Assembly (NCBI GenBank): GCA_002104905.1
Contig: MCFE01000249.1
Location: forward strand, 1-64,000
DNA length: 64,000 nucleotides
Source of the DNA: Basidiobolus meristosporus CBS 931.73
Lineage: Eukaryota > Fungi > Basidiobolomycota
Direction: 5' to 3'
Part shown: piece after piece, positions 11,555-21,161 of the stretch
Numbering within the stretch: position 1 is the stretch's first letter
Layout of the letters: every line of letters starts with the position of its first letter
Program-made: the position numbers and the translations under genes
Notes under the pieces: model-generated
Databases searched by the model: none
What the model was told of the DNA's origin: nothing
What the model saw: only the letters and a program-made list of their open reading frames with translations

Positions 11555-12024
11555 GTTGCTCAGTTCTCTGGCTGATTGTTTACCTCTCTGGATGAGACAC
11601 CCGCACATTATATATATCCACCTCGGCCCACAGCAAGATCTCATCATCTACATCTCGCGTAGCATAACCTCAGCCAGAGTACCTGTCGTGTCTGCCAAAT
11701 CTGGCAATCATGGATTGCTTGAAAATCAGTTTGACATCCATTACCCATTATATCCAAATGAGGCAGCATTACCAATCAACCCTTTGATTTAGAGTTGGGT
11801 TGAGGTGCCAGGTCGTGCAGTGGAGTGGAGTATAGTGGAGTGTAGTGTGATGTACAAGCTTGGTCACCTACAGTCCCCTGTCATCTGGAGGGCACCACTA
11901 CCAGGTGATCCCCATATCCTTGGTGCATGCAAGAGCTTTCACACATTCAATCTGCACAGATTATCTGCGATCCTGAGTGCTGATATATAAGTCGAGGTGC
12001 AGGCTCACCAGAAGTCTCATCAAC
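11555..12024. promoter_or_regulatory. Bidirectional promoter between uricase A1 and B1
   Basis: Outward-facing TATA boxes near 11608-11617 (-) and 11984-11990 (+), AGATAA (GATA-type) on the minus strand at 11961-11966, CCAAT near 11773, GTGGA/GTGTA pentamer tract. Confidence 0.7.
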
Positions 12025-12915
12025 ATGACCTCCATTGCCCAAGTTCAACGTCAAGCCTACGGCAAAGCCAACGTCAGAGTCACGAAGGCAATCCGACACT
12101 CCCCCGAGTGGAACGACATTGTCGAGCTCACCTGCCAGGTGCTCCTCGAGGGTGACTTCGATGAGGCCTACACCAGGGCGGACAACTCCAAGATCGTCCC
12201 AACCGATACTGTGAAGAATACCTGCTTCATCGTCGCCAAACGGTCGGATCATGTGCAGACCATCGAGCGGTACGGATACGACCTTGGCAAGCACTTCATC
12301 AACCGATACGATCATGTGACCCATGTCCATGTCCATATTGTGCAAGAGCGCTGGTCCAGAATCCACGTCAATGGCGAGCCTCACCCTCACTCCTTCTATC
12401 GCGATGGGTCCGAGATCAGACAAACCTGGCTGACTGTTACCCCCAACAGTGTCAGCATCAAGTCGGGTCTTGATGGTCTGCTTGTCCTGAAGACCACCGG
12501 CTCGTCCTTCACCAACTTCCACCATTGCGAGAACACCACTCTCCAGGATGCTGATGATCGCATATTCTCTACCACTGTGAAGGCCCACTACAACATCGAC
12601 ACCTCGGCCGGAGTGGAGAACATCCCATTTGATCGGATCTTCGATGGAGTGCGCAAGACCACCCTCGATGTATTCGCCCACGACGATTCAGCCTCGGTGC
12701 AAGCAACCATGTACCGTATGGCCAACCTGATCCTGAAACGGTTCCCTGAGGTGAAGGATGTGTACTATGCACTCCCCAACACCCACTACTTTACCGCGAA
12801 CCTGGCCCCCTTCGGCCTCCCCAACTCAGGTGAAGAGATGACTACCTTCTCTCCCATCACCGACTTCTCTGGCCTCATTACCGCCACCATTGGCCGTACT
12901 GGCAATAAGATCTAA
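12025..12915 (+). CDS. Urate oxidase (uricase), paralogue B copy 1, 296 aa, intronless
   Basis: YGK, PTDTVKNT, VLKTTGSSFTNF..TTL..DR, SVQATMY and LPNTHYF motifs; C-terminus GNKI. Confidence 0.96.
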   Translation: MTSIAQVQRQAYGKANVRVTKAIRHSPEWNDIVELTCQVLLEGDFDEAYTRADNSKIVPTDTVKNTCFIVAKRSDHVQTIERYGYDLGKHFINRYDHVTHVHVHIVQERWSRIHVNGEPHPHSFYRDGSEIRQTWLTVTPNSVSIKSGLDGLLVLKTTGSSFTNFHHCENTTLQDADDRIFSTTVKAHYNIDTSAGVENIPFDRIFDGVRKTTLDVFAHDDSASVQATMYRMANLILKRFPEVKDVYYALPNTHYFTANLAPFGLPNSGEEMTTFSPITDFSGLITATIGRTGNKI

Positions 12916-13735
12916 ACAATAGTACAAGCTCACATTTTTACATGTGATCTACCATACACCTGGACTACAATTCGCGTACCTATGCATTTTATTCACCGCA
13001 TACAAATACCTTTTCATACGAATAAAATAAAAAACGTGGTACAAATATGCGAGCTTGTTGTTACTCTATCTCTGTAGTGCCTAACGCTTACATCGTTTAG
13101 ACGACCTACTATCAAATAGCCTTCTAAACTCGTTTAGCTGGTCGTCTATCTATTTTAATGACTTAATAAGGGCGCAAACACATCAGGGAACTTCTTTTAA
13201 GGGCAATTATGGGACTGTTCTAGAATCCTGTCAACCAGCAAACACAATATTTCTGGTGTCAACTCTATGGTTCCAAGGAGGCGCCATAAGCTTCAGTCAT
13301 GTAAATACAATCAGCTTCTTCACTGTGGAATTACATGTACCCATTTATTGCCCCTTTCGGACCACATTGACGACTCTCCTCTATAGCCGCTATGAGGTAT
13401 GTAATGCAAAATGCTTGCCGACCGAATTAGAAAACCGACGTAAATAAATGATGAGGTCCACATTTGAAATTATCAGGATTTTAATTATTTGGACCGCATA
13501 AAAAAGACCTGGAATCTCTCAAGTGTCCTGGTTTTTCCAACACAACTGCAAATCCCTTGCTTTCAATCATTTATAAACGGGCCTTACTAACTCCGAAGGA
13601 TTGTTAAATCTCGCTTGCTGCTTTTGCACATCGGATGGTCTGGGTAGAGAAACTGCACGGAAACTCAACCTTGAAACCTACGATATGAGGTAGACCAAGT
13701 TTAGCAAGCTAAACGCGACTGACATTGCTTCTGAA

Positions 13736-14080
13736 TCACCTCCTCACCAGCCGAACCCATACAAGGTTGCAAAAACTTCTATGCGAAAGCATCTTTGAGA
13801 GAGAAACAATCCGAACTATAAGCATTGGCCTCACTGATACCCAAGATCCCCCATATCTCAATAGATATGACATCATGGCAAGATTATTAGCAGCATCTAC
13901 TGAACCTAAAAGCACAATGAATGGAACCCATTCCATTGTTTCTGCTACCTTAGCCCACTGTATATTTACCATTTCACTATCATCCCCTACAAAAGCTCTC
14001 CATCTGGCAAGTCCTGTGGCTTTATATGCCTTTACCTCGTGATCACGGTAGATTCTCTCGTTGCTTGTTACCTTTTTCAT
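13736..14080 (-). CDS. Unassigned ORF (about 114 aa from MKKVTS) in the spacer between the uricase pairs
   Basis: Open frame with protein-like composition (GLARWRAFVG..MEWVPFIVLLG); no family recognised; may be spurious or a gene relic. Confidence 0.25.
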   Translation of the reverse strand: MKKVTSNERIYRDHEVKAYKATGLARWRAFVGDDSEMVNIQWAKVAETMEWVPFIVLLGSVDAANNLAMMSYLLRYGGSWVSVRPMLIVRIVSLSKMLSHRSFCNLVWVRLVRR

Positions 14081-14439
14081 AGTGTAGTGAGTGCCGTACA
14101 AGTTATCAGCACTAGTATCGATGCCGGTCGATCTAGGTGTATTACAGTCAAAACGGAGCGGCAAAAGACGTCTGCCTTTCTTACATTAAATACGCGTATA
14201 TAAGCATCAGATGTTTACTGGTAGAGAGCATGATCTTGAGGTCTTTAGGCAAGGTTAATGACATGACAAATTACCAAAATAACAATTTCCGAAGATAAAT
14301 AATAAATGTCAATTGCCCAGTAAAAACAATCGTGGTTTATTTGAGTCCTTACTTACGCGGGAATAGAATATGGGAATTAATTCAATGCTGAGACCCATTG
14401 GCTGATCAAAGGCCAACTTTTTCAACCGCTAATCTACGA

Positions 14440-15324
14440 CTATCTGCGACGAGCAATGGTGGCAGTAATATATCCTGCGGGGTCACTCACCGGTTGGAAA
14501 ATGGTCATATCTTTGCCTTCGTTCATGAGCCGGAATGGCTTCAGGTTCACGCTGAGGTAGTGCTTGTTCGGTAGGGCATAGCTGATCTCCACAACATCCC
14601 CGTGGTTCGCCAACACCCGCTCTCCCATCTTGTACATGGTGGCTTGCACCGAGGCTGAGTCGTCAGTGGCGAAGGTGCTCAGGGTGATCTCTCGGATACC
14701 TGCACTGATCTGACTGAACGGGATCTCAGCGATCCTTGACGTGTTCAGGTCGTAGGTCCATCTGGCGTCCACACTGGTCGAGAAGATACGGTCATGCGCA
14801 TCCTGGAGGGTGGTGTACTCGCATCGGTGGAAGTTGGTGAAGTTCGAGCCAGTGGACTTCAGCACAAGCAGGTCTTTCATACGCGACTCGATGCTCACTT
14901 GACCATCACGGCCAATTGTCAGCTCGACTCGTCTGGTGTCCTCCCCATCCCGGTAGAACGAGTGGGGGTGGTGTTGGTCATCGATGGAGATACGCGACCA
15001 GCGATGTTGGATGATCTTCACATACACCCGCTCAACATGGGAGTACCTGTTGATGAAATGCTGGCCGATCTCATGACCAAATAGCTCGATCACCTCAACA
15101 TTGTCGGACTTCTTGGCAAGGACATAGATGGTGTTCTTCACCGTGTCGGTGGGGACGATCACCGAGTTGTCTGCCTCGGTGTAAGACACCTCGAAATCCC
15201 CATCGAGCAGGACTTGACATGTGAGCTCGACAACATCATGCCAGTCCTTGGTATGGCGGATCACCTTGGTCAGACGGACATCAGTCTTGCCGTAGGCTTG
15301 CTTCTTCAGGTAGGCGCGACTCAT
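14440..15324 (-). CDS. Urate oxidase, paralogue A copy 2, 294 aa
   Basis: 14 nt and 3 aa differences from A1 by manual alignment. Confidence 0.96.
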   Translation of the reverse strand: MSRAYLKKQAYGKTDVRLTKVIRHTKDWHDVVELTCQVLLDGDFEVSYTEADNSVIVPTDTVKNTIYVLAKKSDNVEVIELFGHEIGQHFINRYSHVERVYVKIIQHRWSRISIDDQHHPHSFYRDGEDTRRVELTIGRDGQVSIESRMKDLLVLKSTGSNFTNFHRCEYTTLQDAHDRIFSTSVDARWTYDLNTSRIAEIPFSQISAGIREITLSTFATDDSASVQATMYKMGERVLANHGDVVEISYALPNKHYLSVNLKPFRLMNEGKDMTIFQPVSDPAGYITATIARRR

Positions 15325-15809
15325 GTTGTTCAGTTCTCTGGCTGCTTGTTTACCTCTCTGGATGAGACACCCGCACATTATATATATCCACCTCGGCCCA
15401 CAGCAAGATCTCATCATCTACATCTCGCGTAGCATAACCTCAGCCAGAGTACCTGTCGTGTCTGCCAAATCTGGCAATCATGGATTGCTTGAAAATCAGT
15501 TTGACATCCATTACCCATTATATCCAAATGAGGCAGCATTACCAATCAACCCTTTGATTTAGAGTTGGGTTGAGGTGCCAGGTCGTGCAGTGGAGTGGAG
15601 TATAGTGGAGTGTAGTGTAGTGTAGTGTAGTGTAGTGTACAAGCTTGGTCACCTACAGTCCCCTGTCATCTGGAGGGCACCACTACCAGGTGGTTTCCAT
15701 ATCCTTGGTGCATGCAAGAGCTTTCACACATTCAATCTGCACAGATTATCTGCGATCCTGAGTGCTGATATATAAGTCGAGGTGCAGGCTCACCAGAAGT
15801 CTCATCAAC
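15325..15809. promoter_or_regulatory. Bidirectional promoter between uricase A2 and B2
   Basis: Near-identical to 11555-12024 with an expanded (GTGTA)n tract. Confidence 0.7.
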
Positions 15810-16700
15810 ATGACCTCCATTGCCCAAGTTCAACGTCAAGCCTACGGCAAAGCCAACGTCAGAGTCACGAAGGCAATCCGACACTCCTCCGAGTGGAACG
15901 ACATTGTCGAGCTCACCTGCCAGGTGCTCCTCGAGGGTGACTTCGATGAGGCCTACACCAGGGCGGACAACTCCAAGATCGTCCCAACCGATACTGTGAA
16001 GAATACCTGCTTCATCGTCGCCAAACGGTCGGATCATGTGCAGACCATCGAGCGGTACGGATACGACCTTGGCAAGCACTTCATCAACCGATACGATCAT
16101 GTGACCCATGTCCATGTCCATATTGTGCAAGAGCGCTGGTCCAGAATCCACGTCAATGGCGAGCCTCACCCTCACTCCTTCTATCGCGACGGGTCCGAGA
16201 TCAGACAAACCTGGCTGACTGTTACCCCCAACAGTGTCAGCATCAAGTCCGGCCTTGATGGTCTGCTTGTCCTGAAGACCACCGGCTCGTCCTTCACCAA
16301 CTTCCACCATTGCGAGAACACCACTCTCCAGGATGCTGATGATCGCATATTCTCCACCACCGTGAAGGCCCACTACAACATCGACACCTCGGCCGGAGTG
16401 GAGAACATCCCATTTGATCGGATCTTCGATGGAGTGCGCAAGACCACCCTCGATGTATTCGCCCACGACGATTCAGCCTCGGTGCAAGCAACCATGTACC
16501 GTATGGCCAACCTGATCCTGAAACGGTTCCCTGAGGTGAAGGATGTGTACTATGCACTCCCCAACACCCACTACTTTACCGCGAACCTGGCCCCCTTCGG
16601 CCTCCCCAACTCAGGTGAAGAGATGACTATCTTCTCTCCCATCACCGACTTCTCTGGCCACATTACCGCCACCATTGGCCGTACTGGCAATAAGATCTAA
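15810..16700 (+). CDS. Urate oxidase, paralogue B copy 2, 296 aa
   Basis: 8 nt and 3 aa differences from B1 (P/S, T/I, L/H). Confidence 0.96.
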   Translation: MTSIAQVQRQAYGKANVRVTKAIRHSSEWNDIVELTCQVLLEGDFDEAYTRADNSKIVPTDTVKNTCFIVAKRSDHVQTIERYGYDLGKHFINRYDHVTHVHVHIVQERWSRIHVNGEPHPHSFYRDGSEIRQTWLTVTPNSVSIKSGLDGLLVLKTTGSSFTNFHHCENTTLQDADDRIFSTTVKAHYNIDTSAGVENIPFDRIFDGVRKTTLDVFAHDDSASVQATMYRMANLILKRFPEVKDVYYALPNTHYFTANLAPFGLPNSGEEMTIFSPITDFSGHITATIGRTGNKI

Positions 16701-17377
16701 ATAACCACATATGTGTACCCACGCCTCCTCCTACATTAACGGCACGCTAAGATCACCACTTTGTAAACGTCAGGTTACTGCTGCTGATGATGATTTTAGT
16801 AGTTGAATAAATCTCATAAAACCCTTTTGCCAGTATCAGGAAACGTGACATTATTGGTAAAAAGGAATCCGATTTAAGGGCAGTGACGAAGGACTAGCCG
16901 GACGTCGATTCGGCAGCAGTGTACAGAATGGTTAAGCAACATAGATTTGGGAAACCAACTATTGCACCGAGTTAAACATTCGTCTGACCAATTCAATTTG
17001 CCATGTTAACACATCTTGACTAAATCAAATCGGAATCATAATTCGTTGTGCAACGCCGACATAAGTTTCTTCAGAAGGTAGAGCACTTCTCGTACCAAAG
17101 CCCCACAAGCATGAACTCATCCAATGGCCATTGCACCCACCAACCTCGATGGCAGCACCCCCGCGAGGGCGGTACCAGGAGCGACGCAACCAGAAGCACC
17201 ACAGTACCAAGGTTGAATCGGAACCAACTCGACCCAACTCCAATTAAATCCCTCTCATCATCCAGGAGATTAAAAAAATTCCTGATCGGATGGGATGGGA
17301 CTTTTTTTTAGACGCTTGATTAAGAGGACAGTAAACGGGGCATCCCACGAGCTACGTTCAAGTCAAACACACCACCG

Positions 17378-18285
17378 ATGTCGAATGAAATAGTCGCCCC
17401 CGGGCAACGTCTCGGCCACGCCCAAGATTATTTGGTGGGCACTGGAACCTACTGCAAGGACGATCTCATCTACTCCTCCGTGGTGGGCTTCAAGCAGATC
17501 CTGGAAACACAGGGTGAAAAGGTCGGCGGTCTCTTTGAACGATAACCCATCTCAAACAACTTAGGCTTACCCTTGTTTTGCCTCTAGCCCACGATCACCG
17601 TTTCTCGCGAGAAAGAGCAGTCTGCCATTCCTGAAGTGGATAGTATAGTACGTCGGAATTCCCCCAACTCGCCCCCTTTCTCGGTCATACTTACCCTTCT
17701 GCCTGTGCAGGTCACCGCCAAAGTTATCCGAGTCAACCCACGTTTCGCCACGGTATCCATCATGGTCGTTGGCTCCACACCCTGCAAGGAAAACTTCCAA
17801 GGCATCATCAGGTACGTGGATCCACCACCCTCCGCCTCCTGCGGTTGGCTCCAATGTTAACCGGTCGTCACAGAGTGCAAGACGTCAGGGCCACCGAGAA
17901 GGACAAGGTCAAGATCTACAACTCCTTCAGGCCTGGGGATGTTGTCAGAGCCCAAGTTGTATCCTATTCTATTCCCACTGTTCACACCCCAACCCCTAAC
18001 CAATGAAGTGGCCAGATATATCCTTAACCTCCCAATAGATATCCCTGGGTGACGCACGCTCCTACTACCTTTCCACGGCCCAGAATGAGTTCGGAGTGAT
18101 CTTTGCGCAGAGTGTTTCAGGTACGTATTCGATGTCGGACCCTTGAAACGGCGATCGTAACGGACATCCTAACCACAACCCTAACCGGTATCCCAGGTGC
18201 CACCATGATCCCCATCTCCTGGCAAGAGATGCAATGTCCCAAGACCAAGACGATCGAGCTTAGGAAATGCGCCAAGCCCTTCTGA
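17378..18285 (+). CDS. CSL4: Exosome complex S1-domain cap subunit Csl4/EXOSC1 (6 exons)
   Basis: Spliced: [97 protein letters not shown]. Confidence 0.93.
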
Positions 18286-18696
18286 GAACCTTGTAAATCC
18301 ATTCAATCGATAGAACGTGGTGAGAAAGTGGAAATGTGTATTTAGTTAATCACCCAAAAGTAACCAAAGCGTCCTTCAATAAACATTGAATTCCCAACAT
18401 CAGCATCCACCTCGCCATCGCTATCATCATCCCCCTCATCACATCGCCGTAGCCACCCTGGTCGTTTCCTTTTTTATCGATTCTGATCATTCATCTTATT
18501 GATGCGGGTTGCCGATTGCGGTGCACGTAATAGCTGTCAACTAGCACCTCGTATTGGCTTCGCATGGATTGCGTGATCTTTTTTTATGCTTACCCCGGGT
18601 GTGTCGTAATTCTCCAGCGCAATCGATATGAGGTTGAGGGGGGTTCGGAGACTCGGAGAAAGTTATTATTATCGGCACCTCCCTCTAACCTAGAAA

Positions 18697-20491
18697 ATGG
18701 CTTCAGTCGAAGAGAAACCAGTGTGGGATCAGGAGGATTTGGAAGAGCTTGGCCCGGAGATTCTGAAGGCCAGCGGCGAAGAAATCAGAAATAGAACTAG
18801 ACTACTCGACAATGATATTAAGGTACCGCCTGTGCCAGTACACCTGGGCGTAGCACGTTCGAGTTCTCTCGAGGGGCTAATCTCGGTTTCTGTGAAACTA
18901 TGCTGACCTGGTTTTGAAAATAGGTGATGCGCAGTGAGCAGATGCGCCTCCAACACGAGCAGGCTGCCATGACCGAGAGGATCAGAGAAAACAAAGAGAA
19001 AATCAAAATGAACAAGCAGCTGCCTTACCTGGTCGGCAATGTGGTTGAGGTAAGGTTTCTAACGAGATGCTCCCTAGCCAAGTGAAGACTCACCTTCCCC
19101 TCAGATCATGGATATGGATCCCAACGACGATCCGGAAGAAGAAGGGGCCAATATTGATCTGGATGCCCACCGTCGCGGAAAATGTGCGGTTGTGAAGACC
19201 TCCACCCGACAGGTATGAGGATTCTCGACGAGTCGTGACCGGCTTCTTCTGTTTAACGTACTAATCTGTACTCCAGACCATCTTTCTTCCGCTCATTGGT
19301 CTGGTTGAGCATGACAAGCTGAAACCCGGTGACTTGATTGGAATGAACAAGGATAGTTATCTTGTGTTGGACACACTGCCAGCTGAGTAAGTGCCATACT
19401 TCTCTATAAATGCTCTTGATGCCCATGCTTACGCAGGCTCCAGGTATGATTCCCGTGTCAAAGCCATGGAGGTCGACGAGAAGCCAACGGAGGATTACAC
19501 TGATATCGGTGGATTGGACAAGCAGATTGAAGAGCTGGTTGAAGCCATCGTGCTTCCCATGACCCACGCCGAAAGATTCAAAAACCTCGGGATCAAGCCA
19601 CCTAAGGGTAAGTGAAACGCCGGCTGATCTTGGCGGAGCTGCCATTAATCTCGGTCCGTATAGGTGTCTTGATGTATGGCCCCCCAGGTACTGGAAAGAC
19701 TCTGCTTGCCAGAGCTTGTGCCGCCCAGACCAACTCAACATATCTCAAACTCGCCGGTCCCCAGCTTGTGCAGGTAAGCAGCCATGGACTTCGAGTGTGG
19801 GTAGAGCGGCTTTTAAGTGATTCGAAATAGATGTTCATCGGTGACGGCGCGAAGCTTGTTCGGGACGCCTTCGAGCTTGCCAAGGAGAAGGCCCCATCAA
19901 TTCATCTTCATCGATGAGTTGGATGCGGTTGGTACCAAGCGTTTCGACAGCGAGAAGAGCGGAGATCGTGAAGTCCAAAGAACCATGTTGGAGTTACTAA
20001 ATCAATTAGATGGGTTCAGCAGTGACGATAGAATCAAGGTATGTTGCGCCCAGTCCAGTCACACAAACCCACACAACACTAACCCCTGGTCCGCAGGTTA
20101 TCGCAGCCACAAATCGTATCGATATCCTCGACCCTGCCCTCTTACGTTCCGGCCGTCTGGACAGAAAGATCGAGTTCCCTCTGCCAACCGAGGAGGCTCG
20201 TGCCCGTATTCTACAGATCCATTCTCGTAAAATGACCGTCGGGCCCAACGTCAACTTTGACGAGTTGGCTCGCTGCTGTGATGAATTCAACGGGGCGCAA
20301 TGCAAGGCCGTCTGCGTTGAGGCCGGTATGCTTGCGTTACGTCGCGGTGCTAGTGAACTTAGTCATGAGGACTTCATGGATGGTAAGTGAAGAGCGCGCC
20401 CTGCACCGCCCCGACTCGTGCTAACTCGTTGTCATTAGGTATCCAAGAGGTGATGGCCAAGAAGAAGACTTCGTTGAAATACTTTGCTTAA
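18697..20491 (+). CDS. RPT5: 26S proteasome AAA ATPase Rpt5/PSMC3 (multi-exon; apparent +1 indel near 19901)
   Basis: [96 protein letters not shown], ends KYFA. Confidence 0.95.
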
Positions 20492-20681
20492 AACCACCAC
20501 CTACCTTATCATCCCCATCACTTAGTACCATTTACCTTATTAATTGGCTGTAAAATCAATTCATAAAGTGTTATCTTAGACCGTATCTATGTATAAATTG
20601 AAGCGGATATCACATCCGTGCTTCATAAACTCGTAATCACAGCAATGATCCTTGCCTTGCCATCGACCAGCCACCACTCGT

Positions 20682-20723
20682 CATCACCCATCGCCCATCG
20701 CCCATCGCCCATCACCCATCACC
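20682..20723. repeat. Heptamer microsatellite (CCCATCR)x5+
   Basis: CCCATCG x3 then CCCATCA x2, downstream of RPT5. Confidence 0.85.
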
Positions 20724-21161
20724 GCAGATCTTCGTCATGAGCCCAATCCCACCCTGAGGTTGTTTGGCATTGATGGAATTTGTCAGGGGCACATAATGTA
20801 TAGGGATTAGGAATAATATCAGAAAAAAAAAAGAAAAAAACTGCCAGGAAAACATGGGGTTGTCGGCAGGGCAAAACATAGGATTGTGGAATCTTTGGGA
20901 TGCGGCATATCGAATGGAATCGATAATCTTCCGCTACTGACGTCTGGGCCAGATTTAGTCACGGGTAAAAAGTTCCTAGCGGAAAAGATTTCAATAAAAG
21001 CGGTATTCCGCCAATTCATCACGATCAAATCTGTGTGCGGTACCGTATATCGACTTGGGTGGTGTTCACTTCACTCACTTGGGTTCCCTTAAAATAGCTG
21101 CCTCATACTGCTGGTTTTCTAGAAAGCCCTCCAATTCCTTGTCCAGTAGATTTGGTGTAGC

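Larger units (their letters stand above)
14440..16701. repeat. Direct segmental repeat of 10670-12916 (A + promoter + B)
   Basis: About 98-99% identical; the 15-bp length difference is three extra GTGTA pentamers; flanks beyond both stop codons are unrelated. Confidence 0.97.

Noticed and set aside
11555-12024. UaY-type TCGG-N6-CCGA purine-induction site in the uricase promoter
   Set aside because: TCGG occurs but no correctly spaced CCGA was found.
11947-12681. 244-aa minus-strand ORF (and its twin 15732-16466), plus 96-aa ORFs at 11024 and 14794
   Set aside because: Antisense shadows of the GC3-rich uricase frames; no independent motifs.
10670-16700. Bacterial horizontal origin of the intronless uricases
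   Set aside because: Lack of introns alone is weak (PER1, SEC2 and COA3 here are also intronless); the motifs look eukaryotic and TATA/polyA signals are present. A phylogeny would be needed.
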